This document shows positions 1-11,018 of a DNA stretch of 35,992 nucleotides, piece by piece. The DNA lies in the NCBI GenBank assembly GCA_051252375.1, contig JBPOFY010000015.1:1-35992 (forward strand), read 5' to 3'. Within the stretch, counting starts at the first letter, position 1, and every line of letters starts with the position of its first letter. A program made the translations under genes and the position numbers. Below the pieces are notes generated by a model. The model was given only the letters and a program-made list of their open reading frames with translations. It was not told the origin of the DNA and searched no databases. The DNA comes from Opitutaceae bacterium. GTDB lineage: Bacteria > Verrucomicrobiota > Verrucomicrobiia > Opitutales > Coraliomargaritaceae.

Positions 1-348
1 GAAACAGCAGAATTCTTCTCCTTCGGCACCAACGACCTCACTCAGACTGGTCTCGGCATGAGCCGTGACGACGCTGGTTCGTTCCTTGGTCAATACAAGG
101 ACCTCGACATCCTTCCACAAAATCCATTCGCATCGATCGATGCAGCGGGTGTTGGACAACTTGTTGAGATCGGCGTTCAAAAGGGTCGTCAGACTAAGAA
201 GAACCTGAAGCTTGGCGTCTGTGGTGAACACGGCGGTGATCCAGCTTCCATTGAGTTCTTCCACAATGCTGGACTCGACTACGTCAGCTGCTCGCCACCT
301 CGCGTTCCTGTTGCTCGCCTTGCTGCAGCTCAGGCCGCACTCAAGTAA
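1..348 (+). CDS. ppdK: Pyruvate phosphate dikinase, C-terminal part (gene starts before the window)
   Basis: Frame 1 is open from base 1: [21 protein letters not shown]..., [30 protein letters not shown]. These are hallmark PPDK C-terminal motifs. Confidence 0.95.
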   Translation, partial: ETAEFFSFGTNDLTQTGLGMSRDDAGSFLGQYKDLDILPQNPFASIDAAGVGQLVEIGVQKGRQTKKNLKLGVCGEHGGDPASIEFFHNAGLDYVSCSPPRVPVARLAAAQAALK

Positions 349-366
349 GCGAAGTCAAATTCTCAC

Positions 367-396
367 AAAGCCCTCCGGAAACGGAGGGCTTTTTTT
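367..396 (+). terminator. Rho-independent terminator after ppdK
   Basis: AAAGCCCTCCG-GAAA-CGGAGGGCTTT hairpin followed by a T run. Confidence 0.9.
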
Positions 397-483
397 GTGC
401 CCCGTATTACGAACTGAAAAATTTTAAGCATTGATCAATGCGTTCCATTGCCATCGGCGTAAAATACACCCAACTTTGCATCC

Positions 484-1170
484 ATGTCGGAAACTCCAGA
501 GTCCCCATCACGCATAAAACGCAACCTACTGTTGCTGCTCATTCCGGCAGTGCTCTCCGCAGCGACACTGTATGCGATTTGGAGCACGCACCCCGAGATT
601 GAATACTGGAAAGACCTGCTCTACGCGGGGCTTCATTTTCTAGAAGCCAACCCTTGGGCGCTGGTGCTTGCCCTAGCGACATTACCCGGGTTCGGCTTTC
701 CGATCAGCCCGTTGCTCATACTTGTCGGCGTCGTATTAGGGCCGATCTATGGGCTCCCTACCGCCTGCCTCATCGGTATCGTCGCGCAGTCTATCTGCAC
801 AACATGGACCTACCTTTTAGCGGCAGGTCCGCTTCGCGGCATCCTGAAGCGCTATTTATTGCGCAAGCGTAATTTGCCTGAACTAACAGAAGGTAACGCC
901 GTGCGCTTCGCCTTAATCATGCGCATCACCCCGGGCCTACCCTACGCACTTCAAAACGTAGTGCTCGGTATCATCGGTCTAAAACTGAAGCCTTACCTAC
1001 TAGTCTCGATTCCGCTCACCAGCCTCTGGACGATCGGCTTCGTGTTCACTGGCGGCGCACTCTTTGAAGGCAGCGTCGGACTCATTATCACTGGCATACT
1101 CCTTCTCGTCATACTCGTGCTCGCCACTCGCATGCTACGCAACCGCACAAAAGATAATTATGCTGGATGA
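484..1170 (+). CDS. VTT/DedA (TVP38/TMEM64-like) membrane protein
   Basis: Multiple TM segments; LPGFGFPISPL...G.VLG and RITPGLPYALQNVVLG motifs typical of the SNARE-associated/VTT domain. Confidence 0.75.
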   Translation: MSETPESPSRIKRNLLLLLIPAVLSAATLYAIWSTHPEIEYWKDLLYAGLHFLEANPWALVLALATLPGFGFPISPLLILVGVVLGPIYGLPTACLIGIVAQSICTTWTYLLAAGPLRGILKRYLLRKRNLPELTEGNAVRFALIMRITPGLPYALQNVVLGIIGLKLKPYLLVSIPLTSLWTIGFVFTGGALFEGSVGLIITGILLLVILVLATRMLRNRTKDNYAG

Positions 1171-2506
1171 TTTTCTAAAACCGTCAGCCGAGCACGTGCT
1201 ACAAGTCAGCCAACTAACTCGCCTGATTAAGGGACAACTTGAAGGTCAGTTCAAACAAGTCTGGGTGCAAGGCGAAGTCTCCAACCTTCGCCGCCAAAGT
1301 TCAGGGCATGTCTATTTCTCCCTCAAAGATGCCGGCAGTCAATTACCCTGCGTGCTCTTCGGTCGCGACGCGCAAAGACAGAGCTTTCAACTCGAAGACG
1401 GCATGGAACTTTTGCTCTTTGGCGACCTATCAGTCTTCGAGCCCCATGGGCGCTACCAGCTAATCACGAAAATCGCGATTCAAAGCGGCGAAGGTCGATT
1501 ACAAATCGAGTTCGAACGACTCAAAAAGAAACTCGCAGAGGAAGGTCTCTTTGATGCTTCGAGCAAAAAGAACATCCCGATTTTACCGCGACGTATCGCC
1601 GTGATCACCTCACCCTCAGGGGCAGCCGTCCGAGACTTCCTCCGCATCTTACGTCGACGCGAGTATGGCGGCGACGTCGTGCTTTTTCCCGCACGCGTGC
1701 AAGGCAAAGGTGCAGCCGAAGAAGTCACTGCCATGCTTAAGCATGCAGCCGCCAGTAAAGGCTTTGATTTAATCGTCATCACCCGCGGAGGCGGCAGCAT
1801 CGAAGACCTTTGGGCATTTAATGAGGAGCTGCTGGCCCGCGCAGTCGCCACCTGCCCCTTACCTGTTATTTCTGCAATTGGTCATGAGATCGATACCGTG
1901 CTCACGGACTACGCCGCCGATCAACGAGCCGAAACCCCTTCTGCTGCTGCCGAGCTGATTTCATCACTCTACCTAGACGCAAAACAGCGACTAGAGGATG
2001 TCGTGCAAAACCTAGACTACTACGCAAACGAAACCATCGAAGAGCGCAGACAGTCGATTCGCGAACTGGTCAGTCGCATGCAGATCATTGCACCTGAGCG
2101 ACAAATCGAACATCGAGGCATGCAACTCGACGACCTTGAAAATCGCCTAAACCAATCACTGAAAGAGCATGTGCGATCCGCAAAAGATAGGCTCAACATA
2201 CAAGCGCAAAACCTAGTCGAACACCATCCACGACTAAAACTCAAAATCGCAGACTACACACTCAACGACCTGCATCGCCGACTGGATCGTGCCACCGACG
2301 TGAAGATCCGACAACAACAAGAGCATGTGCAGCACCTTGAAACCCGTTTGAAGAATAGCAGCCTGCAGGCGACTTTACAGCGCGGTTACGCCATCATGCA
2401 GAAACCAGATCAAACGATCGTCAGCAGTGCTGAAACCGCACGGGAAGAAAGCCAGTTAACTGCGCGATTCCACGACGGCGAAGTCGATATCACCATATCG
2501 AAGTAA
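1160..2506 (+). CDS. xseA: Exodeoxyribonuclease VII large subunit
   Basis: VWVQGEVSN, SGHVYFSLKD, RGGGSIEDLWAFN, SAIGHEID, ETPSAAAE and L.RGYA motifs. Start moved to ATG 1160, overlapping the end of the upstream gene. Confidence 0.95.
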   Translation: MLDDFLKPSAEHVLQVSQLTRLIKGQLEGQFKQVWVQGEVSNLRRQSSGHVYFSLKDAGSQLPCVLFGRDAQRQSFQLEDGMELLLFGDLSVFEPHGRYQLITKIAIQSGEGRLQIEFERLKKKLAEEGLFDASSKKNIPILPRRIAVITSPSGAAVRDFLRILRRREYGGDVVLFPARVQGKGAAEEVTAMLKHAAASKGFDLIVITRGGGSIEDLWAFNEELLARAVATCPLPVISAIGHEIDTVLTDYAADQRAETPSAAAELISSLYLDAKQRLEDVVQNLDYYANETIEERRQSIRELVSRMQIIAPERQIEHRGMQLDDLENRLNQSLKEHVRSAKDRLNIQAQNLVEHHPRLKLKIADYTLNDLHRRLDRATDVKIRQQQEHVQHLETRLKNSSLQATLQRGYAIMQKPDQTIVSSAETAREESQLTARFHDGEVDITISK

Positions 2507-2606
2507 ATCAACCGTCAGCAAGCGTCTAGAACTCAAGTAAATACCTTCGGAAATCTACGTTATATTACCGATATCACAACTAGAAGATTTCAGGTAGTAT
2601 GTAGGC

Positions 2607-2924
2607 ATGAGTTCACCAGGCAACCATCTGAAACTAAGCTTTTCCACGGAATTTGGGCGTTTCACGATCACACCGTGCCCCAGCGAACCCAAAATTTTTG
2701 ATCTACACATGCATCAGAGCGAAAATTCCGCCCAAGCACTTGGCAAATACTGCTCGATCAACGACGCGATACTAGCGGTCGCACGCCAAGAAACAGGCTT
2801 CATACCTTGGGATGGTCTTTGCTTAAAAAATGTCCCCTACAAGGTGCATGATATTATTTGTTGGGATTTTGAAGAAAGCTGCGGAACAACTGACAATTAT
2901 CAGTGTTCTATAGCTATAAGTTGA
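2607..2924 (+). CDS. Hypothetical protein
   Basis: 105-aa ORF filling the gap, ATG start, followed by a hairpin; no recognisable motif. Confidence 0.5.
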   Translation: MSSPGNHLKLSFSTEFGRFTITPCPSEPKIFDLHMHQSENSAQALGKYCSINDAILAVARQETGFIPWDGLCLKNVPYKVHDIICWDFEESCGTTDNYQCSIAIS

Positions 2925-2966
2925 TTCTTATATCAATGAGTTAGTTAGGGTTATTAGGTTAGTGAT

Positions 2967-2996
2967 AGGCTCGTCTTCCATTTGGAGGGCGAGCCT
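2967..2996. terminator. Possible terminator hairpin
   Basis: AGGCTCGTCTTCCA..TGGAGGGCGAGCCT stem with G-U pairs; weak T tail. Confidence 0.5.
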
Positions 2997-3075
2997 TAAT
3001 CTTTCCCTGAAGTGGAGTTTAACATTTTATTGAGTTTGCCTGAACGGTAGACACCCATTACTTCCTACCATATCT

Positions 3076-3978
3076 ATGACTGACGAAAGTGAGGAAAAAC
3101 GCCCAAGGCTTCAATTATCCAGCAAGTTAAACCCAACTGAGCCGGAAAAACCAACCGAGCCATCGGCAACTGAAGAGACGGCAGCCGCTGCACCTCCCGC
3201 ACCTAAACTGCAAGTCTCCAAGCCAGCGATTTCTTCCGAACAACCACGAAAAGCGCCTTCACTGAAACAAGCAGCGCCTTCCCCTGGGTCGCAGGCACCT
3301 CCACCGCCACCGCCAATTGAACAGGCATCGCCACCGCCATTACGAAAGGCGACTCCCACACTATTGTCTCAAAAAGATAGCCTCGCGGAAGACAGCTCTG
3401 CTCCTGTAGTCGAAAAGAATCTCGACCACCTTGAAAGTAAGACTGATCGCAACCAAGACACGTTCTCTGGCATTATCATCATCGTCATACTACTCCTGAT
3501 ACTTGGCGCGGCCGGGTTCGGCATTTGGTGGGTGCTAAAAGATCCAGCCGCCGAGACAAATACTGCAATTACAGCCACGGAAACGGAAACTCCAGCAGCA
3601 GCAGCGGTAGCCCAGCCATCCAACCCCATCCAGCGAGCCAAAGAAACCATTGCAAAAGTTCCTGTAACCACTGTGCCCGAAATCAATACAGCCCCTGTGG
3701 CGCCACCCAAAACGCAGACGCCTGCTAGTATTCCGGCACCTCAACCAGCCGCTCCAAGCGAAGCTAGCGTGCTACAACAAGCGGTCACTCAATTCTTGGC
3801 TGATGCTCATATCGGAGGAGTCCGCACCGGCAACAGTCCACGAGTCACGATCGGCGGCGAAACCTACAATGCGGGCGATATTATCGATGAAACCTTAAAT
3901 TTAAGCTTTATAGGCATCCAAGATGGACGCCTATTATTTAAAGATCGTAACGGAGTGCATTATCTTAAAAGCTTCTGA
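3076..3978 (+). CDS. Pro/Ala-rich single-pass membrane protein with a C-terminal domain resembling the T2SS GspB C-terminal domain
   Basis: Low-complexity N-terminus, one TM segment (GIIIIVILLLILGAAGFGIWW), Pro-rich linker, small beta-rich C-terminus (IGGVRTG..RVTIGGETY.AGD.I). Confidence 0.55.
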   Translation: MTDESEEKRPRLQLSSKLNPTEPEKPTEPSATEETAAAAPPAPKLQVSKPAISSEQPRKAPSLKQAAPSPGSQAPPPPPPIEQASPPPLRKATPTLLSQKDSLAEDSSAPVVEKNLDHLESKTDRNQDTFSGIIIIVILLLILGAAGFGIWWVLKDPAAETNTAITATETETPAAAAVAQPSNPIQRAKETIAKVPVTTVPEINTAPVAPPKTQTPASIPAPQPAAPSEASVLQQAVTQFLADAHIGGVRTGNSPRVTIGGETYNAGDIIDETLNLSFIGIQDGRLLFKDRNGVHYLKSF

Positions 3979-4017
3979 TTGCACTTTACCAATTAATCAT
4001 TTCATATGTGCCATAAT

Positions 4018-4410
4018 ATGACAGCGAAAGTATCACTCATCTCCATCCTCGCACTGATTACAGTGCTTTTCTCAGCTTGCACAACACCGGTTGCAATTGA
4101 TCCAGCCAGCGGACAAGAGCAAACTGCCAAATACCAAAGCGGTTACTTCTATGCACCCATTTCCGGCGAGCCTGGTCCGATTTTCCGCAAGGCCATCCGC
4201 GTGTTAGACGAAGCTGGCTACTACCGCACTGGTGAGCTACACAAAGACACATACATTGCGATCTATGCCCGTAAAGTAGGCGATAAAAAGATCACTGTGC
4301 GCATCAAGGCAACTGAACCCGGAGCCTCCGAACTACGCATCCGTGTAGGTGCTTTCGGCGATCTGGCAGAGTCACAAACCATCTACGCGAAAATCCGCGA
4401 CGCGATGTAA
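4018..4410 (+). CDS. Lipoprotein, DUF3568-like
   Basis: Signal peptide with lipobox (LFSAC); C-terminal IRVGAFGD...SQ.IY.KI motif. ATG 4018 is preferred over 4006. Confidence 0.6.
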   Translation: MTAKVSLISILALITVLFSACTTPVAIDPASGQEQTAKYQSGYFYAPISGEPGPIFRKAIRVLDEAGYYRTGELHKDTYIAIYARKVGDKKITVRIKATEPGASELRIRVGAFGDLAESQTIYAKIRDAM

Positions 4411-4429
4411 ACCAGCACCAATTTATTTG

Positions 4430-4464
4430 AAAGCCGCCTTTCCACTTGGATTGGCGGCTTTTTT
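4430..4464 (+). terminator. Rho-independent terminator
   Basis: AAAGCCGCC...GGCGGCTTTTTT. Confidence 0.8.
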
Positions 4465-4507
4465 GTATTTGCTCAATCCAGACTCAACACCGCTCCTCAT
4501 TCAAACT

Positions 4508-5488
4508 ATGAACTCCCCATTTACACTCATCGGCGTCGGCAGCCCTATTGTCGATGCCATCGCTCAAGTCGAAGACAACTTCCTAAACCAAGTCGATGGC
4601 GACAAAGGCGGCATGGTGCTCGTCGACGCAGCCACTATCTCTGACCTGATCGAACAAGTCCCCGGCGAAACGATCGCTGCGCCAGGCGGCTCCGCCGGCA
4701 ACACCCTCTTCGCCCTCGCACGCATGGGTGCTGCCACCGCATTCCTTGGCAAAACCGGCAATTGCGCCGAAGGCAGCTTCTACCGCGATCGCTTTCAACA
4801 ACTCGGTGGCGATAGCAGCCGTTTCAAAATAGGCGATGTGCCGAACGGTCGCTGCCTCTCACTCGTCACTCCTGACGGCGAGCGCACCATGCGCACCGAC
4901 CTTGGTGCCGCCATGACACTTGCCCCCGAAGAAGTCTCCGTCGATGACTTTGCAGGCTGCAACCACGCACACATTGAAGGCTACCTTCTTTTCAACGAAG
5001 CGCTTATGATGCGTGTGCTCGACTGCGCCAAGCAAGCCGGCTGCACCATCAGCCTCGACCTCGCCTCTTTCGAAGTGGTCAATGCCACAAAGAACATCCT
5101 TCCGGCCATTCTCAAAGACTACGTCGACATCGTCTTTGCCAATGAAGAAGAAGGTCAGGCTTTCACCGGCATCAACGACGACTACATTTCCATGGCCAAA
5201 GAATTAGCCAGCCTCTGCGACATCGCAGCCGTGAAAGTTGGCGCACGCGGCTCCTACATCGCCCACGCCGGCACCGTAGAGAAAGTCGAGCCCATGCATG
5301 CCGCACACGTGGTCGACACCACAGGTGCAGGCGACCTCTGGGCCGCAGGCTTCCTATATGGTTGGTCGCAAAAACGCACACTCGCTGATTGCGCCCGCAT
5401 CGGTTCCATCCTTGGCGCCGCCGTCGTGCAAGAACAAGGCAGCGTCCTTCCGGAACACGTCTGGCAAGACATTCTCTGCCAAATATAG
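4508..5488 (+). CDS. PfkB-family carbohydrate/nucleoside (adenosine-like) kinase
   Basis: [22 protein letters not shown] and [18 protein letters not shown]fkB signatures; start at ATG 4508. Confidence 0.9.
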   Translation: MNSPFTLIGVGSPIVDAIAQVEDNFLNQVDGDKGGMVLVDAATISDLIEQVPGETIAAPGGSAGNTLFALARMGAATAFLGKTGNCAEGSFYRDRFQQLGGDSSRFKIGDVPNGRCLSLVTPDGERTMRTDLGAAMTLAPEEVSVDDFAGCNHAHIEGYLLFNEALMMRVLDCAKQAGCTISLDLASFEVVNATKNILPAILKDYVDIVFANEEEGQAFTGINDDYISMAKELASLCDIAAVKVGARGSYIAHAGTVEKVEPMHAAHVVDTTGAGDLWAAGFLYGWSQKRTLADCARIGSILGAAVVQEQGSVLPEHVWQDILCQI

Positions 5489-5523
5489 ACCACTACGCCA
5501 TCAGCTTTTAGTCATTTAATACA

Positions 5524-6795
5524 ATGGACACCGAACAAATCACTCAACTCGTCGTCGACATCGCCAAACGAGCGCGCGCCGCCTCGCTCGAACTGGCAGC
5601 CTTAGATACCGAGACGAAAAATCAGTTCCTCAATCAACTGGCCGATAAACTCGTCGCCAACACTGGCGCAATTCTCGCAGCCAACGCGCTCGACCTCGAA
5701 GCCGCCAAAACACTGGAGCTTTCAGGTCCGATGACCGAGCGCCTCACCTTCACACCTGAGCGTATCGCGACCATGGCCGAAGGCGTCCGCCAAGTGGCCG
5801 CCCTTCCCGACCCTGTTGGCGTCGAAATCGAACGGCTTGCACCTCCCAAAGGTTTCGACCTTCGTAAAATCCGCGTGCCCATAGGCGTGATCGGGATCAT
5901 CTACGAGTCGCGACCCAACGTCACCATCGACTGCGCCATTCTTTGCCTAAAGTCCGGCAACGCCTCGATCCTGCGCGGCGGGAAAGAAGCCTTCCACAGC
6001 AACATGACGCTGGCAGAAATCATCAAGGAAGCACTGCAAGCGACTGGCATCCACGAAGATGCCGTCCAATTCATCCCCACTACAGACCGCTGGGCCCTGA
6101 ACGTCTTACTCAAACAAGACGACACCATCCATTGCATCATCCCACGCGGTGGCGAGAGCTTGATACGCTTCACCGTCGAGAACAGCCGCATCCCAGTCAT
6201 CAAACACTACACAGGTGTTTGCTCTGTCTATATCGATGCTGCCGCCGACCCCGACATGGCCGAGGCCATCCTCATCAATTCCAAATGCCAGCGTCCTAGT
6301 GTGTGCAACGCTGCAGAAAACTTAATCGTCCATCAGGATGCTGCCGCCCAATTGCCCCGTTTGGCAAAAGCACTACACGACCACGGCGTCGAGCTGCGCG
6401 TAGATGCCCACGCGAAAGCACTGCTCACCGCCAGCGGATTACCACTGGTCGATGCCACCGCAGAAGACTTTGCCACAGAATATACCGATATGATTATCGC
6501 TATCGGTATCGTGCCCGACATCAAAGCAGCGATCGAGTTGATCAACGCCAATAGCTCTGGTCACACAGAAAGCATCGTCACCGAGGACGCCGCAGCAGCA
6601 CGTCAATTCCTGACCAGCGTCGATTCCGCGGCCGTTTTCCACAATGCGTCGACCCGCTTCTCAGATGGTTTCGAGTTTGGACTGGGTGCTGAAATCGGCA
6701 TTTCAACAGACCGCTTACATGCACGTGGCCCGATGGGGCTGAATGAACTTTGCACCTATAAATACGTGATTCACGGCACGGGCGAAACAAGATAA
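5524..6795 (+). CDS. proA: Gamma-glutamyl phosphate reductase
   Basis: [30 protein letters not shown], catalytic [36 protein letters not shown]. Confidence 0.97.
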   Translation: MDTEQITQLVVDIAKRARAASLELAALDTETKNQFLNQLADKLVANTGAILAANALDLEAAKTLELSGPMTERLTFTPERIATMAEGVRQVAALPDPVGVEIERLAPPKGFDLRKIRVPIGVIGIIYESRPNVTIDCAILCLKSGNASILRGGKEAFHSNMTLAEIIKEALQATGIHEDAVQFIPTTDRWALNVLLKQDDTIHCIIPRGGESLIRFTVENSRIPVIKHYTGVCSVYIDAAADPDMAEAILINSKCQRPSVCNAAENLIVHQDAAAQLPRLAKALHDHGVELRVDAHAKALLTASGLPLVDATAEDFATEYTDMIIAIGIVPDIKAAIELINANSSGHTESIVTEDAAAARQFLTSVDSAAVFHNASTRFSDGFEFGLGAEIGISTDRLHARGPMGLNELCTYKYVIHGTGETR

Positions 6796-6815
6796 CTCCC
6801 TCCCCGACCTCTAGC

Positions 6816-8420
6816 ATGATAACCGGCCAAATCCGTTTAGTTCTACTAATATGCCTGATCTACATCTTGGCGTGGCTAGGCTATTACGGGCAAATAACAT
6901 TGGGGCAATACCTCACACCAGAAGAAGCCGGAAGAGTAGCTGCCGCGCTGTCGCCGCAAAACGATCAGCCGAACGCACTCTACCAAACGATCCTACATTT
7001 CGGCGCATCCTTCGCGGAAGATAAACAAGCCGTCATCACCTTCGCCAGATCGATCAATGTCGTGGCACTGCTCCTTGGCACACTACTCATCGCCGCTGCC
7101 TCCGGTCAGTTTTGGAAAAGTCACCGCGCTGCCTGCATCGCCGGACTACTACTCGGGCTCAACCCGATATTGGTTTTTCGCATCGGAGAAATCAGCCCAA
7201 CCATTCTCGCGACCAGCTGTTTGGCGATCGCCGTGGCTCGACTCATCCACTGGTTACGACACCCCAGCATGGCCGACAGCTTCATCATCAGCTCCGCACT
7301 CACACTCGGCACGGCATTTGAAACAGGCCTCATCGGACTAGCGCTTTGCTGGCCCATCGTCGCACTACTCTACCCCTATCGAAATCGCATCATTCACGTC
7401 ATCCTCGCTGTAATCACTCCAGCGATATTCATTGCACTCTACACAGTATCCCAAATCCAACTACAACAAGCGATCGATATCAATACGGTCGATCTATTGG
7501 CCCGCAGCTATACATTCTTCAACAACTTCGAAAGCTACGACGCGTTAAGCTATCATCTCCACGGCCGCATACATGCCTTGCTCTTGCTGAACCCAATCCA
7601 TTGGGGCGCACTTTTAATTTTAGCCACAGTAGGTGCTTACGCGCGCAAGAAGGACGGACACACTGGTCGCAGCGTGATCGCCTTCTTCAGCATTCTTTTC
7701 CTCGTCGGCTTGGCTTACGTATTAAACGACGGCGGCAGTCGCCTACGTATGACCTTGAGCCCGCTGCTCGCGATCTTCTCGGCCGGCAGCATTCTTGTGA
7801 TTCCAAAAATCTGGCAACATGCCGGTCGCCTAACAAAACGAAATATCATCGTAGGCACCGCTCTGATCGCCAGTCTGACTTACTCGACTGCTTTCAATAG
7901 TCACGATAAGTCCGACTTTGTGAAAGATTACGCCTTCCTCGCGCAAGCAAATGTGAAAATGGGCAAAAATGAGGCGGCGACTATATGGGCTGAGAAATTA
8001 CTCATTACGCAGCCAAACAGGCAGGACATGCACAGCGTGTTGATCCAAGCTCAATTCAACGAATGGGCACTCATCTCAAAACCAAAGCCGCTCTCCGTCG
8101 AATCAACGAAAGCCTACCTCGAGAACACGGAAGAGGCAGAAAATAATGCTGCCATCCCCGACGCCATTCGCGGCATTTACCTTTGGAAGCTTAAAAATCA
8201 GGAAGCCGCACTAGAGCTTTGGCACTCACATGCGGAGAGCTCTGCCCTCGCACAACTCTGCCTTTACTGGACCCAACAAGAGAATCCTCTGAGAAACTCG
8301 GTTTCCGATGAAGACCCTTACGCCGCACTGTTGCACACTTCCCTCAAAATCAGCCGTGATGCGATTGGCTACAGCGACGAGGAAAAACGCTTGGACAACC
8401 TGTTTTCAACAAGCCACTAA
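6816..8420 (+). CDS. Polytopic membrane protein, possibly GT-C (GT39/ArnT-like) fold with a soluble helical/TPR-like C-terminus
   Basis: About 10 hydrophobic segments; AGLLLGLNP...F motif and an R.R...P.L motif near the last TMs; family assignment is tentative. Confidence 0.5.
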   Translation: MITGQIRLVLLICLIYILAWLGYYGQITLGQYLTPEEAGRVAAALSPQNDQPNALYQTILHFGASFAEDKQAVITFARSINVVALLLGTLLIAAASGQFWKSHRAACIAGLLLGLNPILVFRIGEISPTILATSCLAIAVARLIHWLRHPSMADSFIISSALTLGTAFETGLIGLALCWPIVALLYPYRNRIIHVILAVITPAIFIALYTVSQIQLQQAIDINTVDLLARSYTFFNNFESYDALSYHLHGRIHALLLLNPIHWGALLILATVGAYARKKDGHTGRSVIAFFSILFLVGLAYVLNDGGSRLRMTLSPLLAIFSAGSILVIPKIWQHAGRLTKRNIIVGTALIASLTYSTAFNSHDKSDFVKDYAFLAQANVKMGKNEAATIWAEKLLITQPNRQDMHSVLIQAQFNEWALISKPKPLSVESTKAYLENTEEAENNAAIPDAIRGIYLWKLKNQEAALELWHSHAESSALAQLCLYWTQQENPLRNSVSDEDPYAALLHTSLKISRDAIGYSDEEKRLDNLFSTSH

Positions 8421-9560
8421 CTATTCCCCAAACGGACTGCTTGGTTTGGCTTCGGCTTCGGCCATCGCTTTTTCGGTTTTCAAGCGAAGCTGACCACAGG
8501 CGGCGTTGATATCGTGCCCCTTTTCGCGGCGGATCGTCACCGACACGCCTGCTTTACGCAGAACGTCCACAAAGGCATCCTGGCGGCGCAGACTCGGGCG
8601 CTTCCACTCGAGACCTTCGACCTTATTATACGGAATACAATTTACGTGTGCGTGAAGCTCGCGCGCGATCTTGGTCAACTCCTTGGCCTGCTCGATACTG
8701 TCGTTGATATCTTCGATCAAAATAAACTCCAAAGTGAGCATACGACCGTGTGTATCTTTAAAAGCTTTCGCTGCGGGGATCAGTTGCTCCAGCGGATACT
8801 TCTTATTGATCGGCATGATCTTACTGCGCACTTCATTCGTCGCTCCGTGCAGTGAAATCGCGAGACGAACAGCCACGCCCTCTTCTGCCAGTTTCATGAT
8901 TTGCGGCGCGAGACCAGAGGTCGATACCGTGATACGGCGAGCGCCGAAATTCAGCCCCCAATCAGCATTCAAAATTTTCACCGTCTGCACGAGGGTCTCA
9001 TAATTGGCGAGCGGCTCACCCATTCCCATAAACACGATATTGTCAAAGGAAGCGATCTCCTCCTTCGCACGTTTCGTGTGCGCATCTTCCATCCGGCAAA
9101 TATGCATGAGCTGTGAAACCACTTCCGCAGCCATCAAATTGCGCTTAAAACCAGCAAGCCCAGATGCACAAAACTTACAACCATAAGCGCAACCAACCTG
9201 GATCGAGACACAGACCGTCTTGCGTGACTTTTCCTGTCCGACACCTGTTTGTGGCGCACGGATGAGAACCGTTTCAATCAAGGACTTGTCTTCGAGCTCA
9301 AGCAGGAATTTTTGAGTCACATCGTCCGAACGCTTATCGAGCAATGACTTCGTTGGATAAATCAAAAAGGTCGCATCCAACCAGGCGCGAAAGTCTTTCG
9401 GCAGATTTGTCATCTCGTCCCAAGTGCCTACCCGCTTCTTGTAGAGCCACTCCATCACTTGCTTCGCACGAAAGCCTTTGAAGCCAGCCGCTTCGACTTG
9501 CTCCTTGAGGGATTCTAGAGTTTCGCCAAACAGGCTCGGTTTTTCAGGTGTAAATCGCAC
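8421..9560 (-). CDS. rlmN: 23S rRNA (A2503) C2-methyltransferase / dual-specificity radical SAM methyltransferase
   Basis: CVSIQVGCAYGCKFCASG (CxxxCxxC), NIVFMGMGEP, RRITVSTSG, LAISLH, DINAACGQL; GTG start at 9560 inferred. Confidence 0.95.
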   Translation of the reverse strand: MRFTPEKPSLFGETLESLKEQVEAAGFKGFRAKQVMEWLYKKRVGTWDEMTNLPKDFRAWLDATFLIYPTKSLLDKRSDDVTQKFLLELEDKSLIETVLIRAPQTGVGQEKSRKTVCVSIQVGCAYGCKFCASGLAGFKRNLMAAEVVSQLMHICRMEDAHTKRAKEEIASFDNIVFMGMGEPLANYETLVQTVKILNADWGLNFGARRITVSTSGLAPQIMKLAEEGVAVRLAISLHGATNEVRSKIMPINKKYPLEQLIPAAKAFKDTHGRMLTLEFILIEDINDSIEQAKELTKIARELHAHVNCIPYNKVEGLEWKRPSLRRQDAFVDVLRKAGVSVTIRREKGHDINAACGQLRLKTEKAMAEAEAKPSSPFGE

Positions 9561-9663
9561 GGAGGAGGAAGTTGCACGGATTTTGCGGAATCTCCACCGC
9601 AAAGTGCGACGAACTGATTTCTATATTGCCACACGCCTAAAGTGCTCTAGTGTTCACCACTCA

Positions 9664-10383
9664 ATGAGTGACAGCTATTCCAACAACCGCCGGATCAAAG
9701 ACATGGTCGCCAGCGAGCGCCCGCAGGAGCGCCTCGAACGACTGGGACCGGAAGGACTCAGTGACCGCGAATTACTAGCGATGATTCTCCGCAGCGGCCC
9801 CAAGGGCATAGACGTGGTATCGATGTCAGGCGAACTCATCGACAGAGCGGGTTCGATCACCAACCTATTGCGTTGGTCAGCCGAAGACTTTCGCGAGATC
9901 AAAGGCATCGGTAAAGTAAAGGCACTCCAACTCATCGCGGTCATGGAATTCGCCAAACGCATACTCAAAGCCGAAGACAACCAATCGACCATTTTCGATG
10001 CCGCCGAGGTCGTGGCGGAGCATTTCAGAACCATCACACCAGGACTTGAAGTCGAGAAATTCTGGGCACTCTGCCTCGACCGCAAGAATCGCCTCATCCG
10101 CCGAGCCGAGATCACCTCCGGCACAGCCACTAGTGCTTTAGTCCACCCCAGAGAAGTCTTTCGCGAGGCAATCAAGCTCAGCGCTTCCGCCATCATTGCC
10201 GTGCACAACCACCCCAGCGGCGATCCGGCACCGAGTCGCGCCGACATCCAAGTCACCCGCCAACTCCGCGAAGCCGCCAAAGTCATCGGCATCGACTTAC
10301 TCGACCACATCATCGTCGGGCAAAAAACCCACGACCCACAAGGCCTCGGTTTCTACAGCTTCAACGATGCAGGACTGATCTAG
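9664..10383 (+). CDS. radC: RadC/JAB-domain protein
   Basis: ERPQERL...G...LSD.ELLA, HhH IKGIG.VKA, VHPREVF, HNHPSGDPAPS.AD, LLDHIIVG; start at ATG 9664. Confidence 0.95.
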   Translation: MSDSYSNNRRIKDMVASERPQERLERLGPEGLSDRELLAMILRSGPKGIDVVSMSGELIDRAGSITNLLRWSAEDFREIKGIGKVKALQLIAVMEFAKRILKAEDNQSTIFDAAEVVAEHFRTITPGLEVEKFWALCLDRKNRLIRRAEITSGTATSALVHPREVFREAIKLSASAIIAVHNHPSGDPAPSRADIQVTRQLREAAKVIGIDLLDHIIVGQKTHDPQGLGFYSFNDAGLI

Positions 10384-10384
10384 A
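10339..10384 (+). repeat. Direct repeat copy 1 (3' end of radC)
   Basis: 46 nt, 42/46 identical to 11019-11064. Confidence 0.9.
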
Positions 10385-10391
10385 AATCTAG

Positions 10392-10691
10392 TTACTTCTT
10401 ATTGTATTTCGCCTTTTCCTCAAAGACCTGATCCTCGATCTCTCCAGAGACATAGCGATGCAGAATACTCGAAATCAACGTTTGATAAGGTAACCCGTAT
10501 CGATTCGCACGAAGTTGCAATTGATTCAAATCACGTGACGAAATCCGGATATTGATACGCTTGTCTTTGTTCAAAGTTGCGCGAGCAGAAGATTGAAGCT
10601 GCGAAAGCTCACTCTCCGTCGCCGGCTTGCCCACAATCGCGCCTGCCTTATCGAGTTCGATTAGTTCTTTTTCATAATCATCCACTTTCAT
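10392..10691 (-). CDS. CopG/RHH-type antitoxin (BrnA-like partner)
   Basis: KDKRINIRISSRDL..L...A...GLPYQTLISSILH RHH motif; GGAGG SD; overlaps the end of the toxin gene. Confidence 0.85.
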   Translation of the reverse strand: MKVDDYEKELIELDKAGAIVGKPATESELSQLQSSARATLNKDKRINIRISSRDLNQLQLRANRYGLPYQTLISSILHRYVSGEIEDQVFEEKAKYNKK

Positions 10692-10965
10692 CACTGCCTC
10701 CTTTCATTAAATATTGCTTGGTCGCCTTGCGGCTCGGAATAATCGTTTTCAAAAAAAGCGTCTCCCCATCCTGAACATAGGGAACCAGATATACATAGTC
10801 TTCGATTTTTAGATAAATGATCTTTTGATTCGGATAAGCTGCTTGATTGGGATGATCCGCGATCGCGAAAACATCACCTTGCTCAATCGCGTAGACGACA
10901 TCTTGAAAGCAGATGCCGCGCTGTGTGCGCAAAGTAGCATCTTTCTCATCAGACCAATCGAACAT
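10678..10965 (-). CDS. BrnT-like (RelE-fold) toxin
   Basis: FDW..EK...L...RGI.F, HPN...YPNQ, YVYLVPYV, FLKTIIPSRKATK.Y; toxin-first TA order. Confidence 0.85.
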   Translation of the reverse strand: MFDWSDEKDATLRTQRGICFQDVVYAIEQGDVFAIADHPNQAAYPNQKIIYLKIEDYVYLVPYVQDGETLFLKTIIPSRKATKQYLMKGGSDESG

Positions 10966-11018
10966 TCAATAATAGAATGCCACCGTGTGCCTTTTGTCAA
11001 CATTCCAGGTGCGCGACT

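Noticed and set aside
9478..9663. Long N-terminal extensions of radC (also xseA from 1064, PfkB from 4349, rlmN from 9602)
   Set aside because: They overlap neighbouring genes or terminators, and family homology begins at the downstream starts.
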